Of a stretch of 64,000 nt of DNA, positions 12,554 through 26,300 are shown piece by piece; the first letter of the stretch is position 1; every line of letters starts with the position of its first letter. A program made the translations under genes and the position numbers. The notes beneath the pieces were generated by a model, which was not told the origin of the DNA, made no database searches, and saw only the letters and a list, made by a program, of their open reading frames with translations. The DNA comes from Klebsormidium nitens (lineage: Eukaryota; Plantae; Klebsormidiophyceae), in contig DF237393.1 in the NCBI GenBank assembly GCA_000708835.1, forward strand, positions 13,324 to 77,323, read 5' to 3'.

Positions 12554-12588
12554 AGTGGCGTCCATGTCCAGTGGCGTCCATGTCCAGT
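12554..12588. repeat. 16-nt perfect tandem duplication upstream of copy 3
   Basis: AGTGGCGTCCATGTCC twice (12554-12569, 12570-12585) followed by AGT. Confidence 0.85.
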
Positions 12589-12634
12589 ACGTGGCCTCTT
12601 CAAATCACATCTGACTTCTTTACTGCCTACCTTG

Positions 12635-15600
12635 ATGGCTCGGAGAACAGGTGGTTTGCGTTCAGGGCACTCCTTTGTACGGTGCGCTTGGTCTTGCTTG
12701 AAGCAGCGCACCCTTTGGGCCAGTCTCGCCGCAGCCCCGCTTGAAGCCCGGGGCTCTTGCACTTCAACGTCAGCTAGAGCATCAGGGGCAAGCACAGAAG
12801 CAGATAGTGTACAGCAAAAAGGTGGCCTGCCGGCGCATATGGAGCCCTGCACATACTTGAGCTCGGTTGATGAGTATCTCAAGCTGGAGAAAGCTCTGAA
12901 AACCGGCAAGGAGAAAGAACCCGGTCCATCTCAGATGTGGGAGTGGAAAAGAACCGCGGAAGGAGTTGAAACCATGGTTATGAAACGAAAGTGGAAAACT
13001 TATCATACCATCAAAGACGTTTTGATGCAGGTTCGGGAGGGTCGAAACTTTGATGGAGTGCCCTTGAGGAACAAGCTAGGCTGGGTATGCTACGTGGCAG
13101 AGCAATATAAGTCTTATCATGATCTGGACTATGGGGTTTTTGAGGCTGAGGGAGACCTGATGTGGGATTACAAACAGTGTGACGAGATGTGCTCAGGACT
13201 GAAGCTAAACTTTAGCAAGGTGAAAGTGCATCTAGACTGGGCGGCAGGCTATGCAAAGGCGATTGACAAGGGCAAAAGCCGTTTCTGTTACGGAGGAGCG
13301 GACAATCTCCATCCCCACGACTTGAAGTTTGCCAGGTTGCATGTCATAGCTGAGGGAACCCCAAGCGACGGTCAGGTAGAACAACAGTCACAAGCGTTAT
13401 ATCTTGTAGACAATCTTGCAAGCTCCGTTGCAGGAGTAGTTTAGATCCATGATTGGACTCCTGCTTGTTTCATTCAATCCGCTTTCGACGAGCAGAGCTG
13501 TCAGTCTTATGGAAAAGATTGCAAAGCCTTCCTTACATCTATTTTGAAATTTGCGGGACGAAATCAAGCCGAGTATGATGAGGGTTGGTCGTCTTGCCTG
13601 CAGTTCCTGCAGCAACACGTTACCGAGATTTACACCGGCCCAACATCTGCTCTGCCACAGGCTTGCTCTTGAGTGACTACTTGAGCTCACAACCGGCTTC
13701 TTTCTCAGGAAGCTTCAAAAGATGGTCTGGAAATGCCGTTTTCGGAGTTGGACGTCAACACGATGGAGCGCTGCTGTTCCCCGGCCCCGTATGGGAACCT
13801 CCTGAACGAGTCCACGCAAGTGAACCCTGCAGTACGCAAAGCTCTGGGCGCCCGCTTTGTGGTTGCGAAGGCTGACGTCACCAAGAGCAACGATGACGAC
13901 TGGGACCCGAGACGTAGCCACGAGGTGAGGGGTGTTGTCATTATTCAGTAGTCCATTGGAAGCTATCCGACGCTATCTGCAGTGCAGTCTGGCTGATTTT
14001 GAAAAATCGAAAGAATCGTAGGACAGTAGTAGAGCAGTAGCAAGATTAATCATTGCCGGAGATGCTAGCTTTGTCAAGCATGCGGTAAAGTGGTGAAATT
14101 TGCTTATTTTTTTACACTGTGCATCACTTTGCCGTCAACGCAACTCAACTGTGCCTATTCAACCGCCCCAACACCTCTAATTCGGGGTCGTAAAATGTCC
14201 GAACGTTTCCCCTTTTGCACCTCCAGGATTGTACTCTGTCCACCGTTTCACAATGTTCGAATCTGCGAATCTGCAGGAAAGCAACTCTCGAAACCCAGTT
14301 GGTTCGCTCACAAGGGGAGATGACGGAATCTAGAATCCAGGAGGGAAGAGTCTGAGACGGCATGGTGCGTGCTGCTTGCAGATCTTTTTTGAGACGAGGA
14401 TCCGCGCGGCGGTGATGGAAAGGCTGTGCTTCTATCAAAAGGTTTACCTGGAGCCCTACAAGCTCAACATCTACGGTGGGCTTTCAGAAAGTTTGCGATG
14501 CGAGTACTTTCCCGGAGTTTGCAGAGGCTTAGCAAACCTTCAATGATCAGAACTCACGAGTCATACCGACTGACTTAGCCTTGGCTAGGTCTCAAAGAGT
14601 GTTCTTGAATCTAATTTCGTTTCTAGTGCCTCTGATTTAAGAAAGAAAGATCAAGGCCAGAGTAAGTGACGGTGCGCGTCAGCTTCTTGCGTTCATCTGT
14701 GTCTACACGGTCTCAGTGCCAAGCAGAGCACAATCCGTCAGCCTTTCCGGTTGACAAGCCGCTCACGGAGGCAAGCTCGACGTCCGACTTCAAATTCTCA
14801 GCGCAAATATTTGTTGGGCAGACAAGCTTTCGCGCTACAGAGCGCAGGATTTTTCTCGTACTTCCTCTCTATCCACTACCTCGCAAAAGGGGGTCGCCTC
14901 CCCTTCAACCTTCGTTCTTCGGGAGGCTTTTATTGTCCTTACCAAAGCGATTGGCTCACAGAGCCAGCGCCTGTCGTGGTGTGCAAAGCGGCGGCCAACG
15001 TTTTGATTCGCATTTTACATCACAGGCCCCGGGGACTTCTTCCGGCCGCACGTGGACACCCCAGTCGACCCGGAGCTCTTTGTGGGCACGGTTGTTGTTT
15101 GCCTCCCGGCGGAGTTCACCGGAGGAGAGCTAATCGTGACGCACGGAAGAATTACCCAGACGTTTGACTTCGCAACTAGGTCCGGCGAGAGAAACGTGTT
15201 CCAGTTTGCGGCGTTCTTCGGCGACTGCCCGCACGAGATCAGGCCAGTTACGAGCGGGCGCCGCGTCACGCTGACGTATCACATCCTGCGCGAGCGGTGC
15301 CCGTATCCTGGAGAAAAGAACTTCGAAGAAAGTGCTTACACGGTCAGTCTGCTGACATTGATTTGTGCAAGGATGAAGCCTATCCTGCAGCATACTTATT
15401 GGATTTATAAGCCAATGCTTTCAAGGCGTTCAAGTTTGAACAAAACGACGAAAGTTGATCAGGTGCTTTATTTAATAGCCGCTGATCACTGTGGCTTTGG
15501 ATAATTTTCGTTTACATCTTTATGTGAGCGAAACTTGTTGACCTACATCTTTCGCGGCCGCCGCGGTCATCGACTTTCAGACTCCTCTCCCTGCAGATTT

Positions 15601-16991
15601 GGAACGGTCAACTTTCCTTTGTTACCTTCACAACAAAAACCTCGTCGTCTCTGAGGTGCGAAGTTTCTTCTGTGCAGGATTTCAGATTCCCGGTGCAATC
15701 GGACGAGTCTCGCCAGGAGACGGTCCGTGAACAGTTCAAGGCTGAGCTGCGGACGCTGTCATCTCTCGGGCTGCCGTACGTGGGCTTCCTCCTCCAGCAC
15801 GAGTACACGCAGAGCGGGGCGGTCAAAGAGGTAAAAAGAACGCCACGTGGCAAAATGGGCATTTCCCACGATCTTTGAAACTGCGGGGAGCCTTCAGGGC
15901 TCGGCGTGCTGACAAGATTGTAGCAATGGTACATACATATAAACCAAAGTTTACGTCTGTCGGGAAAATGTTGGTTCTGCTGCGCCCAGAAACGAGTCTA
16001 CTTGCGCGCGCATGCAGGGGTTGAAGGGCAGCGACAGGATGTTCCACGAGCTGCTGACGTCGGAGGGCTGGCCCTGCCGCTTCGTCCCGGTCCTCCTCGT
16101 CAGCAAACGGGACCGGGACTGGTGGGAGCGCCATTCGTCCGCCCACGAGTGTGAGGTTGAAGTCCTCTCGTTCAGGAACCAGGACTACGAATTTCTAAGC
16201 GTGAGTGATATTGGGAATCATATTCGGGCGGACCGCAAAAGTTCCGTTCTGGCTGGGGGACAACTGACAACCGCTGCCAGCCGTCCAGATTATGACGTCA
16301 AAACATGAAGTATACAGCTTTTTCTCATCGCTTGAGTAGGTGCGGCTTTTCTGAACCTGGTAACGAAGTCTGTCACGCCAAGGTTTGCGACCTCCTGCCT
16401 ACACCTTGCAGAATGGAGTCTCTATTTTCATATCGGACGCTAGCACTGCCACTGCGACCGTTGCACAATCGTGCACTTCGCCTGGACTGAATGCTTTTCA
16501 TCTCGTATATCCTTGGTATTTAGGTTACCTGCAACTACTCTTAAGTACAGCATTTGACAAAATCTTGAAGGCACAGGAAAGCGCTTTCCCAACGAGATTG
16601 GCTTTCTTTAAAATTTGTGGCGGATTCGCAGGGCTACACGGACGAACAGCCGGCGCTCGATTACAAGTCGCCGATTCCGTTCACGTGGTACAACGAGAGG
16701 CATTCTGGGCGGCTGCTGCAAAATCTGGAGCGCGGGGAGAAGTTTCTGGGGAACTCAACGGTGCCCGGGAAGGAGCTCCGGATATACCTTCAGACAGTGA
16801 TGATTGTGGACCTGCGACCGGAGGAGAATAATTGGATGGCTGCCAAAGCAACTGACCAGCCTAACCTTGATGACGCGGGGGAAGAAAGCGAGGAGGAAGA
16901 ATGGTCGTACGAAGACATAGAAGAGGACGACAACCGTTACTTCGATAGCAGCGCATGGAGACGGGTTTTCAAAAAGCACGATGATTGGTAA
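12635..16991 (+). CDS. 2OG-Fe(II) dioxygenase-domain protein, tandem copy 3 (~687 aa, 7 exons)
   Basis: Exons 12635-13375, 13709-13924, 14382-14475, 15026-15342, 15678-15830, 16018-16200, 16632-16991, all GT-AG with an open frame. Motifs FRPHVDTP, GTVVVCLP, QFAAFFGDCPHEIRPVTSGRRVTLTY. Acidic C-terminal tail. Start at ATG 12635 inferred; MEPC Met at 12839. Confidence 0.85.
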
Positions 16992-17362
16992 AAGAAGAGT
17001 GAGAGAACAAGATACGAGGATTCACTGGCTACAATCCATTTCTGTGCATCAAAGGTTGCATTCTATCCATCTAACGAGCCATTGTCGATCATCGGCATCA
17101 GTGCTTAATATTTCTCATGATGATGCGCACCACTGTAATAGTTAAAGAATAGTGTTGCCACATTTAAGCCTCATGCACGAGCTGTAAATGCCCCGGCTTT
17201 GCTCGATTCTCCAATTATGCATAAAGAATAGGCATTCATCGCAACTAGAAATCCTCGGACGGTAGACTCATATCTCAACTCCTCAATCATGTTTGATGAT
17301 GCGCAATAAAGAGCGTCAGTGCAACTTGGGCCGGCAGCCACAATATGTCCATAGTTCAATGA

Positions 17363-20300
17363 CTAAAGCTGGCCCTTAGGCACTTTTCTACCCGTTGAGG
17401 GCCTTTGCGGCCGTTCGCTAAGAAGCACCGACTTTCCTTTTGGCATACTCTGCGTTCCCAGCTTTGCGTCGTACGCCGATTGTGGTCTACTTGAATTCAG
17501 ATACTGCAAGGTAGCCCCTTTCGTCAAGGACGACGCTGCAAACGTCCACTGAAGAGCGTCCCCCGACGGCTTTCGGTTACCCGCCGGTGCCGTTCCGGCC
17601 CTCGTTTCCGGAACAACAGGTGACCGGAGCTCGAGTTCCGGCCTAGAAATGCTGACCGTCTGCCCGTAGCTTGTTGGGCTGGAGGTGTTTCCGTCGGTCT
17701 CATTTGTCTCGGGCACATAGCCGGTTGATGCCGATGCTCGTTGCCGCACCGGGCTTTCTGTGCTGGACTTCCGCCCTGCCCTGCCCGCTAAAAGGCGCTC
17801 GGAGGAGAGTGATTGGGCTTCGGTTGAATCATTCGCAGCCCCGGGGGTTCCGAGGCGGGACGAGCGCAGGGGAGAGGATCCTGACGGACGGCGCGTGCCG
17901 TCTGATCCGAGTTTCGCGTGGCCGCTGCAGCAGGGATGGTTGATCAGGATGCGGTTCTGCTTTTGATAACGCCCGGAGAATTTACGTGAAGAGATGTTGC
18001 CATATCCCGACCCCTCTTAAGAATTCAGGGCAGAGTGTTGGAAGGACGGCCTTTGTCCAAAGACGGCACTTCTTGTCAGAAGGCATGTCTAATTGATCCT
18101 TGGTGCTCCTCAAAAACTCTACAAGCAGATGTTCCGCCTACAAATTAATTCTCTGCCAGCAAATGGAGTCTCTGCCGACAGGAATGGCGGAAGAACTTCC
18201 AAATTCAGAAGCTCGGGTGGCGGGGTGCAAGCTAGAACAAAGCTGACGCGGATTGTTCCTATGCCCTCGCACAGGGCAAGCACCTTGGTTTCCCAGACGT
18301 TACAAGCATTTTCAAGAGACTTGAGAAGCAGTGCCGTTGCAAGCCACTGGACAAACCACAAGAACGGTGTTGTCCGAAGGAAAAACCCGGTCCACCAACA
18401 GAGCGCTCACTTTTCTGGAGGGGGCCGGCTGCCGTTCCGTTCCGCCTCCATTCCGCTCTCCTCTTCCTCCCGCGCCTGCAACCGCTCCTCCGCTCTGCGC
18501 CGCAGCGCCTTCTCCTTCGCGAGCTTCTGCTCCAGCCGCTCCACTTCCTGAATACACGAGGAGCCGCCACGTGTCACCATGACGTCCATAGACTTCTCTT
18601 CAGTTGGACTCTTTCCGACTTAAACGAACAGTAACCTCGGCTTCTGATGGTACGAGTCTCTGAATTCAGAATCAAGGAACTTCTAAGTTGAAGACATTGT
18701 AACAAGCGAAAATGATCCAAGAGGCCCCGAGATGTTATATTGCAAGTAGATTATGCCCAAATTCTTGGTCCAAGCAGTGCATTAAAAATCGCTAGCGCAA
18801 CTCTGCAACACCAAAGAAGGAACTTTGTCGGAACGTGTTTCTCACCGCCTCTAGTTCCTCCACCCCGGGCTGCTTCTCCCCAAAGGCGCTCGCCATGGTG
18901 TACAGCCGCTCCAGCTTGGCGGCCTGCTTGGCCTCCACGTGGCGCGCAATCCGCGTGTCGTGCTGTTCTAGAGTGTCCAGCGCGCGCGAGTTTTGAACCT
19001 TCCAGGAGAGCAGCTTGGACTTGGTGCGCTTCTGCAGGAGGCAATGGTTCTTTCTTAGGTACAGGTGCCGACTCCTTGGCATTACTACCGGTAGCCAAGT
19101 TGAGCATATTCCATAAGGACTACGTGTGAAGTAGGCAAACAAGATCCTCGCTCGCCTGCTCTACGTTGATGAAACCTGCATCGGATGCACGCGCCTCGCA
19201 AAGTAGCAACAGCATCCTTGAATCCCTTCTAGTCCGCGTGTCAGTCAAACAACCTACCACGTGCGCGAGCTCCTTGGTGCCCCGCCGCAGTTCCTCCTCG
19301 CTCTTGGCGAGCGCCGCGCGTGTGGCCGTGAGCTGCTCCTTGAGCGCGCGCCCGTCGCCCTGCGCGCGCTCGCGCGCCTCCCAGCCCTCCAGGTCGACCA
19401 CGCTGCGCTCCTTGCGCACCGCGCGCAGGCTCGCGCGGAACTTGCTGGAGAGGGCCATCAGCCGCAGCTTGCTCAGGGCGCTGATCTTGGTCACCTGGTC
19501 ACGCGAGGAAACGATGCTACTTATTCGCCCCTGCTATAACTCAAATCGGTTCTTGATTGTCGACATCCTTTATCTTTTGGCACACATTAAATTCAGGGCT
19601 GAATCCGTTTCTTCCTGATAAAGCCTTGTTTCTCATCGAAGTTGCCGCGTATCAGCTGACATGATCAGGTAGCAAATTGGGTCTTCTCTTCAGAATTGAT
19701 TTCTTGCATTGTGCAGGAGACAAACACGAGGGTTAGAGCTTGGGGGGCTGTTCTTTTTTATGCAACTAAGATCAAAAGGCCGCCTTCGGTCTTCGGAAAG
19801 GCTGTTGATGTCGGACGGCAAGAAGGGATGATAGCTGCTGCCAATATTGATCTTGATGCTTCAGCGAGGGTACTCCTTTAGAATAGAGGAATACGGACAT
19901 GCCAACTCAATTCTCGCACCACAATCCCCTCTTTTCAGAAAGTATTGACATTGCTTCACTCAGATCTTTTGGCCCAGGACACGCCCGGCAAAGTCTTCCT
20001 ACTTCCACTTCCTCTTCTTTAAGCTACACCTTACATCCTTCGGTCGTAAAGCATCTGTTAAATCGGGGGGTGCCACGTGGCGCTCACCGAGGCCCGCAGG
20101 TCCGCATTCTCCGCGCGCTGCTCCTGCAGTTGCGCCTCCAGCTGCAGCATCCGGATCTGGGGGCTCACGCCCGCGCTCGCGGCCGCGTGGCCGTCCTCGC
20201 GCTGGTAGCTCATGATCTTGAGCACCGTCTCGTTCTTGATGTCTGCGAAAGCTGCACGCAGAAAAGGTCGCAGCTTTGGATACAAGAATTGGAAAATCGA

Positions 20301-23300
20301 AAATGAATTTGGAATTTATAAACTGCTTTCATACCCTAAGCTTGCCGCGGCAAGTAGAGCTAGTGGCGCAGTCGTGAAAGATTAAGTCGTCGATCTGCCC
20401 CTTTGTGAAGAGAGATGCTTCTGTAAGTTTACTGACTGCTTGCTTTTGCGAAGGTATGGGTTTGAGCATACAACACACCTTTACCGAATCAAGTTCTAAC
20501 CAGATAGCTCGAAAAGCTAACGTGCATAGCCTTCGATTAGCTGCTTGAAGTTCAAGGAGCTTGAACGAGAAGGAAGCAGATGCCTTAAAGTCAGCAGAAG
20601 TGGCTCCAGAACAAACCTCCTGGGAACATTGGTACAAGAATATCCTCACCTTGCAGCATCTCGTTGTTCATCTCCTGTCGCAGCGCCTCCATGTTGCTCT
20701 TCTGCGCGGCCACCTCCTTCTCCAACCGCGCGACTTTCTCCGCGCAATCCGCCTCAGCGTCCGCGCGCGCGCGCGCCGCGTAGTCCTCCACGTGCGCGTC
20801 CATGCGCGCGAGCTTCCGCCGCAGAAACGCCAGCTCCAACACCATGTCCAGGCCGCGGTCGCAGATCTGGAAGAGACACGGAAGGGATTCGTTTAGCCAG
20901 GAGCTATATGGAGTGCGCGTGAAAACGAGTATTCCTGCGACGAAGATTGAGTCAACCGATACAAAGGGGAGACAAAGGAGCTCTCACTACAGACACGTGT
21001 CTGTGTTGTTCCATTTGACATCTCCTACTACGGGATTGTTTTGTCCCGCATAGTGGTCCCCTGAATCAACAGAGCCTTTCGATACTTGCTCACCTCCGCT
21101 TCCCTGAGCGCTGTGCTCTGCCGCCTCTCGCGCTGCCTTTCCCAGTCCGTCAGCGCGCGATTCTCTTGCTGCGCGACCAGACTGCGCGACAGCTCCTGCG
21201 CGCGCGCGTACAGCGCGGCCTGCACGATCTCCTGCTGCCGCTTCGCCTGGGACCGAAGAAAGGTAAGGAAGGTAAGTTCTTCAAACCTTGATGATTTCAA
21301 GGCAAAAGCCTTTCAAGATCACAAGTGCAGCTGATTAACGCGGAATCTTCCATTACCATGCGCCTTTCCACCGACATCGTCTTAAAATAATCTCCTTCCG
21401 CGAAACGGACACTCTTCCCGTGAGTTCAGGTGCAGCTGCGATTGACGCGAGGTTTGTGAGCCATGGTTAAGGGGACTCATGAGCTCTACTAAATAATGAG
21501 TACAAGCTAGCAACGCATGAAGGGCTGTGTTTCGCTGTATCCTGGTACTTCCCATTTCCAGCAAAAGGCAGGGTTACCAGTTCGCATCGACCAGGAACAG
21601 GTTTACCTGCGACCCCAGTCTCTCCACAAGTGCGCGCGCCGCCTCGCGCACTTTCCACTCCTTCCCCCCGCCTTCCTCGTCCTCTCTAACGGCGGCAACA
21701 ACTCCAAGGCCAGGCCCGTCTGGTGTGAATACGCCCAGAGTGACCAGCTCTTCAACAAAGGCAGCCGTCTCGATACGGGGATCGAACGGTCCTTCCTGCT
21801 GGCTGCGATCGCGGCGACCCTTCGAGCGCAGCAGACTGGCGTGCTTGAGTTCCAGGGAGAGGGTGGTCGCCTCCAGGTGGTGGCGGTCGATGAGGTGCTT
21901 CATCTTCCACACCTACGACGAGCGGAAGTATGTTGTAAGGAAGACTTTGGTTCTCATTCTTTTACTGGGTGAGATAGGAAGGCAGCCCGGGCCCTTTTAA
22001 TGGCCAAAACGCGATTGTACAGAGAATGAGGTCAGTAAACGCGTTCCGTTTTTCTCATGTCAGACCGCTTGTCAGATCAGTGCTGCGGAAATCAACGCCC
22101 GGTTCCCGGACTACCCTTGTTTGATAAGAAGAGTCCTCTTGTTTTTGAAGACAAGAAAGGCCGTTTTAGATCCATATGTACGGCCCCAACGGCCTAACAC
22201 CAATCTGACAGCCACTGTCCGGATTGACAAGCAGTCTAGATGAGTACCTCTTTAAAGTCTTCTTCATTTGTTCCATAATTGGAGGTCCGAATCATATAGG
22301 TAGGTACGAAATCAAGACAGCCAGCTCACTTCTGCCTCCATGCTGCTGATCTCCTTGGTCGCCGTGGCTGGCGGCCGCACGATGAGCCGCGCTCCGCCGT
22401 CCTTCGCACTCTCGAGAGCCTTCGCGGCCGCGAACGTGACATCACCCAGCGGCCGTACCACCAGCTTCTGGAACAGCTCCGCGCGCGCCATGTGCTCCGC
22501 TGACGTCAGCCCCGGGTCGCTCTGAAACCATCCCGGGAGCCGCAGCCGAATGCACTCTTGATAGGGGTTGGTGGACGGGGCTCGTCGCGAGTCTCGCGGA
22601 GCCAAGTCCAGGCTCTGTCTCCCGTTCGAAAGACTTTCGGACGTCCTTTTGCGGCCCTCCAGAGCGTCCGAGAGCGCAGCTTCGCCGTCCAGAAAGGCCG
22701 CCTTCATGTGGGTGTGAACGAGCCGCAGCTCCAGGTGGTAGGCCACCTTCGTGTTGACACGTGTCGGCATCGTAGAGGCATAGCCCCGATCGTCCCCCAG
22801 GGCTGTATCTAGAACGTGTTCCAATCTCTTATCTTCCACAACGATCAACTTCCGCTCTTCCTCAGACAGTGCGCCGAGGCTCAGCGCCCGCGCGGGCAGA
22901 AGCGCGCCGAGTAGCCACGTGTCCACTTTCGGGTTTGAGGGCTTAACCTCGCGCCGCGCGGTTTGCGGTCTGGCGGCCGTCCGGCTGACGGGCCGTGGGA
23001 GCTCGAAAGCGGCCGTTCCCTTCACCCCGACGAACGACTCATCGTCCATCGAAGTGCAGATGCTTCCCAACGCGTCTTCCCTGACCGCCCGGAGGAATGC
23101 CCCGACGTGCGTTGGAAGACGCTCCTCTTGCTCCGGTCTCTCTGACACGACCGCCGACAGTCTCAGCAGCCTCGCCGCCTCTCTCGCCGCGCCGTCTTTC
23201 CCCGCTTTCGTCAGCTGGTCGCGCGACGCCTGCAATACGAGCACGTGCCGCCAATACGCTATGGTGCGCTTCAGCTGCAAAAGGGACACGGCCGCCCTGC

Positions 23301-26300
23301 CGCCTGACTTCATCCGCACGTGCTCCGCCTCCTCTTTCAGGGCGCTAACCTCCCCCCAGAAGATCGACCGACACTTCTGCGCGGCCGCGAGCGCCTGCTC
23401 GCGCGCCGCGGCCGCGATCGCGCCCGTCAATTTCACTTGCGGCCCCCCCGGAGACGGCGACTCAACCTTCGGGAGCGCCAGCGAAATCGTCGCCCACCTG
23501 ATGCGAAGAATGTCCGCGACCGCGCCGACTGCCTCGATGCCCTCGCCGATCTCCGAAACCCCCAAACCCCGCACGGCCGCCAACCGAAGCGCCTCGAGCG
23601 GGCTGTAACACGCCCAGACGTGCGCGAGCTTTCCGCTGTCGTCCAGCAAGTACAGCCCAAAACGGCGGTGGCCATCTAAGACCGGGTCCCGTTGCCCAAA
23701 GTCTTCGGCTTTTTTGGCATACTTTGGCGTGGGGCACGCCATAAGGAGAGGCCCTTTAGGCAATGGAAACGCACCCTGGCCGCCTGTATCGGCGTCGAGC
23801 CCGGCTTCAAAAAGGCCCGAGCCCGACCAATCGTGAATGTCTTGGAAGTCTAAGGCTGCTTGTTTCAAGATTGCCGGGCTGGAAAAGAAAGGGTGCGAAC
23901 CGCTGGTAAGCGCGCCGTGCGATACAAAGCTGCCGGGATGCGCCTCCCCGGTTTGACTAACCGTCAGAAGCAGCTTCCCCAAACGGTCCATCTGCTCGGC
24001 CAATTCGGAAGCGCGGCAAAAGGGCGCCAGTTCTTGGAACACTGACTTGACGTACTCTTCGATCAGCTCCGCCTTCAGGTCCGCTTTCGCTTTTCGCAAA
24101 TTCACCCCGACCCCCTTCTTCTGCATTACCTGCTGCAGCTTTCTGGTGTACGAATCCAACACCCCGATCCGCACCTGGTTCTTGACCTTATTCACCGACA
24201 GAAACAAGTCGGCCAGTTCCTCCGTTATCCTCTCCCGGTAGTCCGTCACCTCTATTTCCTGATCCGGCCGCAGCCCCGCCGGGGGCTTCTCCTTCCATCC
24301 CCGGGACGGCGACCTCAACAGCTGTTGCTTCGCCTCCAGCGTCGCTTCAAAATCGCCCCATCCAGCCGTCGTGGGCGGCGGCCCCATTTGCGCCATCACC
24401 ACTTCCGTTTCGTTTTCGCGCAGAAGCGACCGGCTCTTGTGGTGCACGCAGCGGAGGATTTTGGCGAGCAGGATTCCGTTGCTCCGGACCGCGACAGACA
24501 GGGCGGAGCTGTGCGCGAGCTGCGCTTGGACCGCGAGTCGCAGCCGCGAGGCGCCGTCGGCTGACGTCAGCAGCGCCTGCACGCCCGCCGGCGTGTGGAA
24601 GTCCAGCTCGAGGAGATCAAGGTCAAGCTCCGCGACAGCGGGCTTGGGGCCCCTGTGACGCAACAGTGACAACGGACGTCAGCGCACTTGTGCGTCAGCA
24701 GAAATGTTGGTGTAGAGAATGTCGGATGCAAGCTGAGCGGTACTCTTGGGCGACTGCAAGTTTGACACTACGTATAGCAAGCTCACGTTCTGAAGCGGAT
24801 GTTTTCATGAAAGGTTACCCCAGATGCAGCCAGTACCCGGAAGAAGAGCAAACGACAGGCTGAAGTGCTTCCAAGCACCTTGAAGTGCTGTGATTTTCAG
24901 AATTCCGCTGGATGCCCTCTCTTTTCAGAGCTTGCAGGCAGTCTTCGCATCGTTGCATATTCCTCACACATACCTGCAATCCAGCCTCCCCATAAGTCCC
25001 TTTCTCACCTGACCGTCGCGTCAGTCTTTGGTTCCACATCCTCCGGGGGCATCCTGGTCTCCCCTTCCAGATCCCGGAGCACTCTCGCCGGTTTCCCCGC
25101 CACCCCCATCCCGTCCTGGATCAACAGCGGTTCCAGCGAGTGCCCATCCACCGCGATCCCAAGCGCCAGCGCCTGCGCCTTGTAAACACCCTCCAAATTC
25201 TCGCTCTCCTCGAGCGCGCGCACGAGCGCGACCCGCAGCCGCTGCAGCTCGAGCGCGCGCGCCGCCACGTCGGCCGACGCGGCCGGGGCCGCCTCGCCGT
25301 GATAGCTTACCGCTGGCGCGGCCACGTTGTTCGGTGAGAATGCCCCCTGGGACGTGTTCACAGCCAGGCTGTCTTGAACAATGCTCCCGCTGCGCGCGAG
25401 GGCGGAGAGAGGCGGCCGCGGGCCCGCCACGCTGGCGGACGACGGCCGGCTCCGCTCCGGCGAAGTTTCCGGAACCCCAAAACCCGCGAAGTGCGGCTCG
25501 GTCGCGGCGCGCGCGCGGCCGCCGAACGCCTCGTTGCCCGGCAGGCTGAGATGAGTGACCGGGAAACGGCCCTTCTGCTCCGGGGAGAGGGCCGTCGGGG
25601 TCATGCACACTCTGTCGAACTGGTCCTGTTCGCTTAGGGAGGGACTCGCCGGGCCCGTTAGGTACGACGTCACAATGGCGTCGAGAGCGGTTGGGTTGTC
25701 CATGATGAGCGACTCCTTCAAGTGGTCGGGCTGCGCGCTGGAGGCGAACGAGGGAGGCTCGTAGCCGGGTACCTGCAAGATGAAGATGGAGGGGATGCTT
25801 CGGAAACCTCATTCAAAGGCCAATTATCGTTGTTGTATGTAGCTCTGAAACGCACGGAAAGGCTCAGAGCATGTATCAAATCAGGTGCGCTGCGCTAAGA
25901 GCTACATGCATAGAGACGTTTAACGGGTTACTCCAATGTTGACGGAAGACCAGCAAAACAAAAGCCCGTTCGGCGCAGGTACAAAAACATTCTGTTCTCA
26001 TTTCAAATAAGTAAAAGGGATCAAATGTAGTCCGTCGGGGGAGCTCTTACTGCACGGCATATGGCCAACGGCAGAATCCGAAATGATTTGGATCCTCACC
26101 AGCCCTTTCCTAATCCGCGGCTCTTCGGCCAACGCTTCCCACAGCTCGGACGTTCGTTGCAGGACGAGCGTCCGGAGCGCGCGGCGGGCGCGCGCGTAAT
26201 CCTCCATCTCCAGCTGCCGGGCCAATTGCTCGACGGTGGTACGGACCGCTTTGATGACGTCGCCCACCAGGGAGACGCTCGAGAAAGGCGCTCCGCCCGA

